DNA of 64,000 nucleotides from an uncultured candidate division Zixibacteria bacterium (GCA_963668625.2 CAXXKA010000006.1:160001-224000); one strand, 5' to 3'. Positions 29,989 through 39,192 are shown, counted from the stretch's first letter. The notes: generated from the letters alone by a model not told the origin. Made by a program: numbers and translations.

Positions 29989-31659
29989 TTATCTCATCGT
30001 ACCTACGTAATGTGCGGTATACTGACGATCTTTGATTCTCTCATCGGTGTAGTCAGGTAGAAGCATCGGGGCAACGCGGCCGTTATCCACACCGGCGTCA
30101 TCAACCTCTTTGTTGAACCTGGCAACGTGATCGAGCGAGAGCTTGCCGTCTTTGGCTTTATCTTTGGCGTAAAGCGCGGCGCTCTTGCCGGAAATCCTGC
30201 CGAATACCATGATATCCAGCAGCGAATTACCCATCAAGCGATTCTCGCCATGCACACCGCCGCCTACCTCGCCGGCAACGAACAGGCCGGGCAGGGAGGT
30301 TTCGCTGTTGCTCTTGTATTCGAGTCCGCCGTTCTGGTAGTGAAGAGTCGGGTAGATCAACATCGGCTCTTTCGCGATATCGATACCGAAACGTTCATAC
30401 AAGATATGCTTGCCTGGGAATTCACGCTCTACTGTTCCTTCACCGTGTAGCATATCGATCATCGGTGAATCAAGCCAGATACCGAGCTTGCCGGTCGGCG
30501 TGGGAACGCCTTTGCCAACTACGGTACACTGCCTGATAATCGAGGCTGCCTCGACATCGCGCGGTTCGCGTTCGTTGACGAACTGGTTACCCTCGATATT
30601 GACCAGGTTAGCACCCGAGCCCCGGAATTTCTCGGTTATCAAAATACCCTCGGCTTGCTCCGGGAAGACGATACCTGTCGGGTGATACTGCACCGTATGC
30701 AGGAAGCAGATTTTCACGCCCGCGCGATAACCCATCACGATACCATCGGCGGTCGCGCCGTAATGGTTCGTGGTCATGAAACCTTGAACGTGCAAGCGAC
30801 CGGATCCGCCGGTAGCCATCACGACAGACTTGGCTTTAACGATCGTGTATTCCTCGGTTTCCATGTTGTACAGCACGGCGCCGGCACAATGCCCATGCTC
30901 GTTTAAAATAAGTTCGACAGCCGGTGAGAATTCTATCACCTGAATGTCGGCGGAACGATTTCTTGACTCGTCGCGTACGGTGCGCATCATCTCCGCGCCA
31001 GTGATATCCGCGGCGTAATGCATACGCTTGCGCGATGTGCCGCCGCCATGAATGGTGTAGAGAGTACCATCGGGCATCTTACTGAAATTACAGCCGAGTT
31101 TTTCCAGCCACTTGATGGCGCTGGGAGCTTCGTTAACCAATGTCTCGACCAATTCGGGATCGTTTACGAAATGCCCGCCGCCCATGACATCGAGGTAATG
31201 AAAGTAGGGGGAATCCTTGTGGCCTTTGCTGGCGGCTTGGATACCGCCCTCGGCCATCATCGTGTTGGCATCACCATGGCGAAGCTTGGTAGCTATGATA
31301 ACTTTCGCGCCCTGTTCCTGGGCAAGAATAGCGGCCGATGTTCCAGCGCCGCCGCCGCCAATTACCAGCACGTCGGTTTCGTAATCGACTTTGGCGAGAT
31401 CGATATCGGCGGGATTAACACGGCTTTTAGCCTCCAGCAGGTCGGCCATCTCGTGAGCAATGCGGTAGCCTTTACTTGGTCCGACTTTAACTTCGCGGCG
31501 ACCTTCCTCTTTGAAATCGGGATGATTGTCGAGCATCTCCTTGCGCTCATCCAGGGATAAGAACGGAACTTCCTCATCGCGTTTTTTACGCTCGACTCTT
31601 TCGGATCGAGTTTTCTCGACCGCCTTGATCAATTGTTTTAATGATTCTGGGTATGGCAT
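29989..31659 (-). CDS. Fumarate reductase/succinate dehydrogenase-family flavoprotein (TfrA-like)
   Basis: VIGGGGAG, AEGGI, QYHPT, TE..RG.G, PRD, LHYQNGG, HGENRLMGNSL. Confidence 0.88.
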   Translation of the reverse strand: MPYPESLKQLIKAVEKTRSERVERKKRDEEVPFLSLDERKEMLDNHPDFKEEGRREVKVGPSKGYRIAHEMADLLEAKSRVNPADIDLAKVDYETDVLVIGGGGAGTSAAILAQEQGAKVIIATKLRHGDANTMMAEGGIQAASKGHKDSPYFHYLDVMGGGHFVNDPELVETLVNEAPSAIKWLEKLGCNFSKMPDGTLYTIHGGGTSRKRMHYAADITGAEMMRTVRDESRNRSADIQVIEFSPAVELILNEHGHCAGAVLYNMETEEYTIVKAKSVVMATGGSGRLHVQGFMTTNHYGATADGIVMGYRAGVKICFLHTVQYHPTGIVFPEQAEGILITEKFRGSGANLVNIEGNQFVNEREPRDVEAASIIRQCTVVGKGVPTPTGKLGIWLDSPMIDMLHGEGTVEREFPGKHILYERFGIDIAKEPMLIYPTLHYQNGGLEYKSNSETSLPGLFVAGEVGGGVHGENRLMGNSLLDIMVFGRISGKSAALYAKDKAKDGKLSLDHVARFNKEVDDAGVDNGRVAPMLLPDYTDERIKDRQYTAHYVGTMR

Positions 31660-31675
31660 ATATCAACCTCTATTC

Positions 31676-32428
31676 CTATAGTCCGTAATTATCTTTGGGA
31701 GTCCAGTCCTCGCCCGCCATTGCCGGCTCCATCTCCCGTTCCTGGTATGTTTTTTTAAGTTCGTCGGTGCTCATGCCTTTGAGCTTATCGATAGCTTCTT
31801 TGAACCTGTCGGCATCGATATTGGCAACCATCGTTTTAAGATGTTCGGCCCTGGGGGTCAGGTAGGAACCTTTTATTCGGCGAGCCAACTGGGCGATATG
31901 ATACTGCGGCAGCTCACCGTAGCATCTACTGGCGCACAGGCCGCACTGGATGCAGTCGAATGAAATCTCGGCGGCGGCGGCGATATCGCCACGTTTCAGA
32001 GACGAGATATAATCCATTACCTGGACATCCATGGGGCAAACCTTGGTACAGGCGTTACAGGCCACGCACCTGAATAACTCGGGATACAGGCTGAATATCT
32101 CCTCCGGTGCGCCGGTTAGCTTATCGAAATCGTAGGTAGCGCGATTGGCCGGATAGAACGGTAACTGGGTCAAGTACATATCGGGTTCGACAACGGTCTG
32201 GCAGGCCAGGCCGGTGTAGATTTTATAATCGCCCGGTTTGCGATAGACGGTACTGCATGCACCACAAACGCCACCTCGACAGCCGCAACCGCGAATATAC
32301 TTATAACCCGCGTATTCCATGGCTTTCATGATAGTCAACGTTTCCGGCACTTCGTATTTCTTCCCCATTATGTAGATGGGGATGAGCTTTGCCTCAACGG
32401 TTATTTTCGCCTCATCAGAAACGCTCAT
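31676..32428 (-). CDS. FrdB/SdhB-like iron-sulfur protein ([2Fe-2S] plus 2x[4Fe-4S] motifs)
   Basis: GCRGGVCGAC...LAC; CVACNACTKVCP; CIQCGLCASRC. Confidence 0.85.
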   Translation of the reverse strand: MSVSDEAKITVEAKLIPIYIMGKKYEVPETLTIMKAMEYAGYKYIRGCGCRGGVCGACSTVYRKPGDYKIYTGLACQTVVEPDMYLTQLPFYPANRATYDFDKLTGAPEEIFSLYPELFRCVACNACTKVCPMDVQVMDYISSLKRGDIAAAAEISFDCIQCGLCASRCYGELPQYHIAQLARRIKGSYLTPRAEHLKTMVANIDADRFKEAIDKLKGMSTDELKKTYQEREMEPAMAGEDWTPKDNYGL

Positions 32429-32469
32429 TTTTACCTCACTAGATGTATTAAAATATTGAACATTATTTT

Positions 32470-33360
32470 CTAAGCCGTTACTTCTTTTAAGATATTTTTA
32501 TCTTTGAGAATTTCGGTAGCGCTTGGCCTGTTCAGCTCGAGATGCAGGGTGTCTGGGGAGCAGCCTAAGGCCAGCGCCAGTAGTTGCGAGAAATAAAACA
32601 CCGGGATATCTTTGGCATCCTCGAATTTCTGCAGCATCATACCCTGACGGCGAGACAGATTGTAATCGCATAAGGGGCAGGTTAACACCATAGCCTCCGC
32701 GCCACGGGTCGAGGCATCCTTTAAGATATCGTAGGACACGTTCAGGGCGGCATCGGGATTGCCCAGCACCTGGTAGCTACCGCAGCATTCGGTGGCCATC
32801 GAAAAGTCAACCACCTCCGCGCCGAGAGCTTCCATGAATTTATGGAACAACTCGGGATTATCAGGGCTGTCTAAGGCGACATCTTTTGGTCTTAGCAGGG
32901 TGCAGCCGTAGTAAGGCGCCACCTTTATGCCGTTAAGCGGATTAGCGACTTTTTCTTTGAGCTTATCGAAACCGTACTCATCACGTATGTAGTCGAGGAA
33001 ATGTATCACCTTGACTTCGCCGAAGTAATCCGGTTCTTCATCCATGAACGAGTTGATAGTGTTTCTTTTCTCCTCGTCGTTTTTCATCAGTTCGTTGGCT
33101 CGAGCCAGCGTATTGTAGCACATCGAGCAAAGAGTGATAACCGTATCGTTACCCTGCTCTTTAACCCTGATCAAATCGCGAACCGGGGCGACGATATGAA
33201 TCAAGTCGTCATCGGCCAGCGAGTAGACGGCGCCGCAACAGTTCCACCGGGGCAGTTCCTCGTATTCGACACCGAGAGTATCTAAAGCCGCCAGCGCGGA
33301 CTTTTCGAGATTTTTGGCTTTCGTTTTTAACGTGCAGCCGGGGTAGTAACTTATTTTCAT
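32470..33360 (-). CDS. hdrB: Heterodisulfide reductase subunit B-like (CCG domains)
   Basis: YYPGC, WNCCG, CSMC, YYGC, ECCG, CPLC. Confidence 0.88.
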   Translation of the reverse strand: MKISYYPGCTLKTKAKNLEKSALAALDTLGVEYEELPRWNCCGAVYSLADDDLIHIVAPVRDLIRVKEQGNDTVITLCSMCYNTLARANELMKNDEEKRNTINSFMDEEPDYFGEVKVIHFLDYIRDEYGFDKLKEKVANPLNGIKVAPYYGCTLLRPKDVALDSPDNPELFHKFMEALGAEVVDFSMATECCGSYQVLGNPDAALNVSYDILKDASTRGAEAMVLTCPLCDYNLSRRQGMMLQKFEDAKDIPVFYFSQLLALALGCSPDTLHLELNRPSATEILKDKNILKEVTA

Positions 33361-33368
33361 AGCTTTCC

Positions 33369-33776
33369 TCACGATGTCATTTTACGGAAGGTGGAAACCA
33401 TGGCGATCTGGGGAGTCTCTTTGATATCCTCAGGGTCGAGGCTGGATGGTTCCAATTGGTTGACGTTCCGGCGAAGCTTTATCAAGCGCAAAGCCTCCAT
33501 CACCTTCGGGATATCGATATCCCTCGGACATCTCACCTGGCAGGTATGGCAAGAGGCGCAAACCCAGGGGGTATTGGCCATATCCAGAGCCTCGGACTGT
33601 CCGTATTGTAACATTATCATCACCTGGCGTGGCAGCAACCCGATTTCCTCGTTCATCGGGCATGACCCTGAACATGTTCCGCATTGGAAACATTGACCGA
33701 CATTCTGGCCGCTAATCTCCATCACCTTGAGGCGAAGCTTATTGTTAATGGTTCGCTTTGAGATTTTTAATGCCAT
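33369..33776 (-). CDS. hdrC: Heterodisulfide reductase subunit C-like ferredoxin
   Basis: CFQCGTCSGSCP, WVCASCHTCQVRCPR, VMEALR. Confidence 0.88.
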   Translation of the reverse strand: MALKISKRTINNKLRLKVMEISGQNVGQCFQCGTCSGSCPMNEEIGLLPRQVMIMLQYGQSEALDMANTPWVCASCHTCQVRCPRDIDIPKVMEALRLIKLRRNVNQLEPSSLDPEDIKETPQIAMVSTFRKMTS

Positions 33777-33907
33777 TGTAACCTCTAAGTTGTTAATTTT
33801 ATTGGGAATAGACTTTTTTCAAAGGAAATGAATATGACTAAGTATTTAAAAGGTAATGTCATACGTGCACAATCCAAAGTCGCAAGCTCCTGTTATAGCT
33901 TGACTGA

Positions 33908-33936
33908 AATATAGTGAATTTGAAATTGCATGACAA
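33908..33936 (-). promoter_or_regulatory. Sigma70 promoter for the hdrC operon
   Basis: Minus strand TTGTCA-N17-TATATT. Confidence 0.6.
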
Positions 33937-33941
33937 CATCT

Positions 33942-33959
33942 TTGCGAAATATTTCACAC
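33942..33959. promoter_or_regulatory. Candidate Rex operator
   Basis: TTGCGAA-ATAT-TTCACAC versus Rex consensus TTGTGAA-N4-TTCACAA (2 mismatches). Confidence 0.6.
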
Positions 33960-34151
33960 ATTTTTAAAGAAAAGTATGATTTTCTATTGTTCGTAGATAT
34001 GGATATCTATGGAGAAACAAATATTCGTTGCTAAAAGTTAATTAATTTAAGAAAAAAATGAACCTTCATTCGTTTTGACGATAATATAATAAATGGCTTG
34101 ACTTTTAGTGTAATATACATATTCTAGAAAGTAAGAAAGGGTGAATGAAAC

Positions 34152-35201
34152 ATGAGATTAACAAAGTTTTTAACGGTAACATTCCTAGCTGTTTTATTAC
34201 CTGTGTCTCTGACTTTCGGGCAAACCGGAACATCCGCTCAGAAACCTGCGGTGGCGAAACAAAAAGCGACTATCGAGGACGCGAGTAAATCGAAAGATAG
34301 AAATCCTGTTATTTCCAGGTCAAAAAAGCAAGAACCTGAACCGGAAATACCACTTTCTGATGCCAGAATCGCGTTTGAGTATTCAAAGTTTGATTTCGGC
34401 ACGGTTCCGAACGGCGCCCAGATGACACATTATTTCCCGGTCACGAACATCGGGCCGGATACTCTGTATATTACAAAAATCAAAGCTGGGTGAGGATGCA
34501 CTACGTCAAAAGCGAGCGGGATAGTTATTCCGCCAGGAGATAGCGCCTTAATAGATGTTTCTTATCGTTCATCTAAATCGACTAAGAATACCAGGCGCAT
34601 AACCAAGCGTATCAGCGTTCACTCGAACGATTCCTCGAATCCTGTGGCCAGCCTGACTATTCAAGCCCAGGCTAATATGTCGGAATCCGTGTTAAAATGG
34701 AATCCTGACAAGGCTGAATTCAATCAGGTACTTATCGGTAAAGGTGATAAGTTCAAACTCGAACTCCAGAACACCGATAGCACCGATATAAGGCTTGAGG
34801 TCGTAAGCGAACCTGATCCGCAAATCGTTAAAAAGTATAAAATAAAGAAAGATAAACTCAAACCCAATCAGACTACCGAGATTGAGTTCGAATTGAGAGA
34901 AGATTTACCTCCGGGAGTTTTCAAAACGACCTTAACCGCCCAGATAGAGGGTAGTGGCTCTAACAGGTTCTCGATACCTATTACCGGCACTGTGGTTGAG
35001 AAAATTAGCCCGGAAAAACCGGTGGCGGCCTCTCACAAAAAACCGCCCGCAAAGAAGAGCAGCAATGTTAAATCAGGCAAAAAATTTGACCCTAATACCG
35101 GCATACAGGTTAAAAAACCGGTCGTTAATGATAGGGCCGAATCGAAACCTGCTACACAAACTATACCGCTCTCCACTATCGACGATTCTGATCTCAAATA
35201 A
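34152..35201 (+). CDS. Exported DUF1573/Ig-like protein, predicted selenoprotein (Sec at TGA 34491-34493; 349 aa)
   Basis: ORFs 34152-34493 and 34644-35201 are in the same frame with only the TGA between them; reads IKAG-U-GCTT and aligns with IKPG-C-GCTT of the next paralog. Confidence 0.85.
34516..34533 (+). promoter_or_regulatory. Candidate bacterial SECIS element
   Basis: GCGGGAT-AGTT-ATTCCGC hairpin, separated from the TGA by 22 nt. Confidence 0.75.
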
Positions 35202-35228
35202 TCTTTATCTTAAATTCACGAAATTAGT

Positions 35229-35253
35229 AAACCGGTCTTATGGCCGGTTTTTT
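35229..35253 (+). terminator. Intrinsic terminator between paralogs 1 and 2
   Basis: AAACCGGTC-ttat-GGCCGGTTT followed by a T-run. Confidence 0.7.
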
Positions 35254-35349
35254 GTTATCGGTATTTTCCCGTCATTTTCAGTTTTAGCTCAATTGAGGTT
35301 CATAACATTTCATTAAGTATATTCGATTTTTAACGGAAGGAGTAAAACG

Positions 35350-36267
35350 ATGTACGGACGTATCAATTTCATGATTTGCTTGATTGCTGTGCTGGTTCTA
35401 TCGAGTGGTGTTCAGGTCTCTTTCGGCCAAACAGCGAAAACAAGAACCAAACCCCTCACGAAAACCAAATCCAAAATTGTAACTCAAAAAGATAAATCTA
35501 CCCCGGAGATACCCCCGAATAATTCAACGATCACTTTCGATCATGAGCAGTTCGATTATGGTGTCGTGCCCAGGGGAGAGCAAGTTACGCATCATTTCCC
35601 CGTGAAAAATACCGGTACCGATACATTGACGATTACCCGGATTAAACCCGGATGCGGTTGTACGACCACCCGTAAGAGCAGTATTGTGCTGCCTCCCGGT
35701 GAAAGTTCGCTGATAGATATCACTTATCGATCCTCAAAATCAGCGAGATCGGGGCATAAGGTTACCAAGAGAATTCGCATAGAATCAACCGACTCGCAAA
35801 AACCTACCCTGCAACTTTCGATTTCCGCCCGTACCGACACAGCGGATTGTATGTTAAGATGTCGCCCGGAGATGGTTGATTTGGGCGAGGTTTTAATAGG
35901 TAAGGATGATAAATTCGAGGTTGAAATAACTAACATCGATTCTCTGAAGTCGGAGATTATGGTGGTCAGTGAGCCGACTTCCGAATTCATAAAAAAGTTC
36001 AAGATCAAGAAAGACAAATTAAAATCAGATCAGAAAACGAAAATCGAATTTCAGCTTCAGGATAATATTCCTCCGGGCGAATTCAAAACGGCTCTTACTA
36101 TCGAGGCGAATAACGATTCTAAATCTCGTATCTCCATTCCGATTCATGGCAAAATAGTCGAATCATTTAGCGAAAAGAAAACCAGCAAAGCCGGGCAGGA
36201 GATGTCGTCATCGGCCGTTAGCGGCCACCCTAAAGTATCTACCGTTGACGATTCGGATTTAAAGTAG
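35350..36267 (+). CDS. Exported DUF1573/Ig-like protein, Cys (CGC) paralog
   Basis: Signal peptide; FDYG, F.VKNTG..L.I..IKPGCGCT, LPPGES. Confidence 0.9.
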   Translation: MYGRINFMICLIAVLVLSSGVQVSFGQTAKTRTKPLTKTKSKIVTQKDKSTPEIPPNNSTITFDHEQFDYGVVPRGEQVTHHFPVKNTGTDTLTITRIKPGCGCTTTRKSSIVLPPGESSLIDITYRSSKSARSGHKVTKRIRIESTDSQKPTLQLSISARTDTADCMLRCRPEMVDLGEVLIGKDDKFEVEITNIDSLKSEIMVVSEPTSEFIKKFKIKKDKLKSDQKTKIEFQLQDNIPPGEFKTALTIEANNDSKSRISIPIHGKIVESFSEKKTSKAGQEMSSSAVSGHPKVSTVDDSDLK

Positions 36268-36415
36268 AGTGATATCGAGAACATACATTTTAAATCCATA
36301 GAACTAGCCGGGTTTTCTTTATTTTTAGCTGTTCACACGACAGTTTTTACATTAAATTCGGTGAAGGAAAACAGGAGGTGGATATCGTTAGTAATCGTTC
36401 GAGGGATAGAGCTAA

Positions 36416-37171
36416 ATGATGAATAAGATTATCCCGGTTTTAAAGTCAATAGTCATGGTGTTTGCGATGGTCGGAGCGTCTATGGCTCAAAACTCCGGTA
36501 ATGAAATTACTGCCAACTCGACGGTTGATGCGGTCATTAATTTCGAACACATGGAATTTGATTTTGGAGCGATACCGCCGGGCGCCGGGGTTGCGCACGA
36601 ATTTTCCGTAAAAAACGAGGGCTCGGACACCCTTGTCATTCATCGAATTAAACCCGGCTGAGGTTGTACGACTTTAGATAAGAGTGCGATAGTTATCGCG
36701 CCGGGCGAAAGTTCTGAGATCGGAATTATTTATAAAGCGCCGAAAACCGACAAATATATTGGCAAGCAAAGAAAAAGGATAACGGTTTATTCCAATGATC
36801 CGGTTAATCCGGTACTTGCTATATATATAGCCTCTTCAGTTAACAGACCTGATATGCCTTTTGCAGTCGAGCCTGCCGAGGTTGATTTCGGCGTGGTGAT
36901 GGCCGGCGAATCTAAAACCCGGACGGTTACGATTGCAAATGTGAGTCAACTGGATTTGAGTCTGTTGGCTATCGATGAACCTGATGATATCTTTATAAGT
37001 GATTATAAGTTACAGTCTGCTGATTTAAAGTCCGGTCAGTCGACAGCATTAAGTATTACTCTTCAAAGTGAACACGTAGTCGAGGAATTCGTTACCTCTA
37101 TTACGCTCGAGACAAGCGGGCAATTCGCCAAACGCTTATCGATTCCGATTCATGGCATGATCGTGAAATAA
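36416..37171 (+). CDS. Exported DUF1573/Ig-like protein, predicted selenoprotein (Sec at TGA 36659-36661; 251 aa)
   Basis: ORFs 36416-36661 and 36854-37171 are in the same frame; reads IKPG-U-GCTTLDKSAIVIAPGES...ITVYSNDP with no other stop. Confidence 0.85.
36684..36701 (+). promoter_or_regulatory. Candidate bacterial SECIS element
   Basis: GTGCGAT-AGTT-ATCGCGC hairpin, separated from the TGA by 22 nt. Confidence 0.75.
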
Positions 37172-37363
37172 TCATCCTCCAAAATTAATTAACATACAAC
37201 TATAGGTAATATAGACAGCCTATATTTCTAATATATGAGTTAATTTCTGCATTGTTGCATTCCTGTTAAGAGGGTGAACGTTTTGATGGAAGGTAATGTA
37301 TCTGCGAGCATTCTTTCCGAAAATAAAAACAAAGAAACATCAGAGATGAAATTGGAGGAAAGG

Positions 37364-38950
37364 ATGAGAACTATTAAACTCCTTGCTGTGGCCGTTATTA
37401 CTATTTTGATTTGTGCCACAACAGTCAATGCCCAGGGTTTTTCCTCGCTTATAGAGAAGCTGGATCAACTTGAAGCCAAATTGGCCGAACTGGAGAATTC
37501 ACAAAAACAGGATGTTGCCAATTTAAAGAAAGAGTTGGCCAACTCACCGAAAGGCGCTAATAACTCTGAAAGCCAGGCCGCTATCAAGAAGATGTCGTCC
37601 AAGCTGGATGCTATGAACGCTGAGCTGACCGAGGTGAAAACAGGTTCCGAGAAGATACAAGCTAACTATGATATGTTGATGGCCGAGCTATTAGAGCTTA
37701 CTTACGCTCTCAAACAGACTATGAAGGAACAGGACGCGACCGGTCATAAACCTGCTTATCGCGCCGAGGTGTCATCGCCCAAACCGATGTCGAGCCAGGC
37801 GCCGAAATCCGAAAAATCGGCTAAACCTATCTCGAATGGTGAGCCGTCCCTGAGTTATCAGCCGTATGGTTATATCAAACTTGACGGTTCTTACGATCAG
37901 AATTTGACCAGCCACGGTAATTTCGCAATGTGGGTGAAGCCAAAATCTTATGAAAAAGATGATGAGCAACTGAACATGACCGCCAACCAGAGCCGCCTCG
38001 GATTTAAAATCGATAGCCAGAATTATGGCGAATATAAGCTTCATGGGCAGTTCGAGGTTGACCTCTATGCCAGTGTCTCCGGTGGAGTGGCCGAGAACAA
38101 GGGAATGTTCCAACTTCGTCATGCGTTTTTCTCGATAGAAAAAGGTAACACCAAACTACTGGCCGGCCAGTATTGGGACCTTTACAGCCCATTAAATCCC
38201 TCTACCATTAACTATCCGGTGCTCTGGGGCGCCGGTAACACCGGTTACCGTCGCGCGCAGATTACGCTGGCTCAGTCATTCTCTATGGGAACGCAAACTA
38301 CGGGCACGCTTTCCGGCGGCGCGTTCCGTACTATCGGTTCTGATTTGACTCCGACGCTCGAGTGGAGCCTCGAGGATTCCAGCGAAACCTCCGATGGCGA
38401 GGATGACGGCACCGATGCCGGTATTCCCACGGTTCAGGGAAGGCTCGATATCAATCACAGTTTCGCTTCAGGTTCAAAACTGTTGGTGGGTGTTTCCGGT
38501 TTATGGGGCCAACTCAAGGCCGAGACCAATCGCGGCAACAACAACACTTACGAAAGTTGGGGTGTATGCGGCCATATGAAATGGTCGTGGAGCAAATTCG
38601 GTTTGGCCGGTGAATATTACAGCGGCTCGAACCTCGGATCCTATTTCGGCGGTATACTCAATTCGAGCACTATAGACGGCACCAATGCGCAAGGTGGCTG
38701 GGGATTCGCCTGGATAAAGACCTCACCCAAGACGAAGCTCGGATTCGGTGTAGGCAACGATACGGCTAAAGAGGAGGATATCTCCTCCGGCAGCCGTCTG
38801 AAAAATCAATCGATTTTCGGTAATATCAATTACTCGATAGTCAAGAACGCTACTGTTGGCCTCGAGCTCTCTCAGTGGCAAACAGAGTATAAGGATGGCG
38901 AGACCGAGAAGAGTTTCCGCGCCCAGACAGCTTTCACGTTTAGTTTCTAA
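37364..38950 (+). CDS. DcaP-like outer-membrane porin with N-terminal coiled coil
   Basis: Signal peptide, coiled coil, YGYIKLD, TANQSRLG, FEVD, LRHAF, LAGQYW, C-terminal F. Confidence 0.78.
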   Translation: MRTIKLLAVAVITILICATTVNAQGFSSLIEKLDQLEAKLAELENSQKQDVANLKKELANSPKGANNSESQAAIKKMSSKLDAMNAELTEVKTGSEKIQANYDMLMAELLELTYALKQTMKEQDATGHKPAYRAEVSSPKPMSSQAPKSEKSAKPISNGEPSLSYQPYGYIKLDGSYDQNLTSHGNFAMWVKPKSYEKDDEQLNMTANQSRLGFKIDSQNYGEYKLHGQFEVDLYASVSGGVAENKGMFQLRHAFFSIEKGNTKLLAGQYWDLYSPLNPSTINYPVLWGAGNTGYRRAQITLAQSFSMGTQTTGTLSGGAFRTIGSDLTPTLEWSLEDSSETSDGEDDGTDAGIPTVQGRLDINHSFASGSKLLVGVSGLWGQLKAETNRGNNNTYESWGVCGHMKWSWSKFGLAGEYYSGSNLGSYFGGILNSSTIDGTNAQGGWGFAWIKTSPKTKLGFGVGNDTAKEEDISSGSRLKNQSIFGNINYSIVKNATVGLELSQWQTEYKDGETEKSFRAQTAFTFSF

Positions 38951-38976
38951 AGCAATCAGAATACGACAAACTTACG

Positions 38977-39003
38977 AACCGCCTCATAATGGGGCGGTTT
39001 TTT
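38977..39003 (+). terminator. Intrinsic terminator
   Basis: AACCGCCTC-ataat-GGGGCGGTT followed by a T-run. Confidence 0.75.
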
Positions 39004-39174
39004 CATTACCTTTTTTGTTATGATACTTATTTTATTCAATGCTCATAATATTATTGGAGCCACAGATGAATCAATTTCTCGGATCAAAATCCTTCGCTAA
39101 GCGCCTGGGCCATACGATCGAGACTTTAAACTTTAGTCTCTCCTACGCAATGAATTTATGTTTTGAAAAAGTTC

Positions 39175-39192
39175 GAAAAACACCGGACACTA
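39175..39192. repeat. Orphan copy of the MITE right-end sequence
   Basis: GAAAAACACCGGACACTA, identical to 40056-40073. Confidence 0.75.

Noticed and set aside
33369-33371. hdrC TGA as selenocysteine
   Set aside because: It falls at the expected protein end, does not align to a Cys, and hdrB is in a different frame
34491-36661. Genome-wide UGA reassignment (code 4 or 25) as the explanation for the in-frame TGAs
   Set aside because: TGA is a normal stop in many genes here (ald, DUF2232, hdrC, ltaE, ATGA overlaps), and the two TGAs align with Cys, not Trp or Gly
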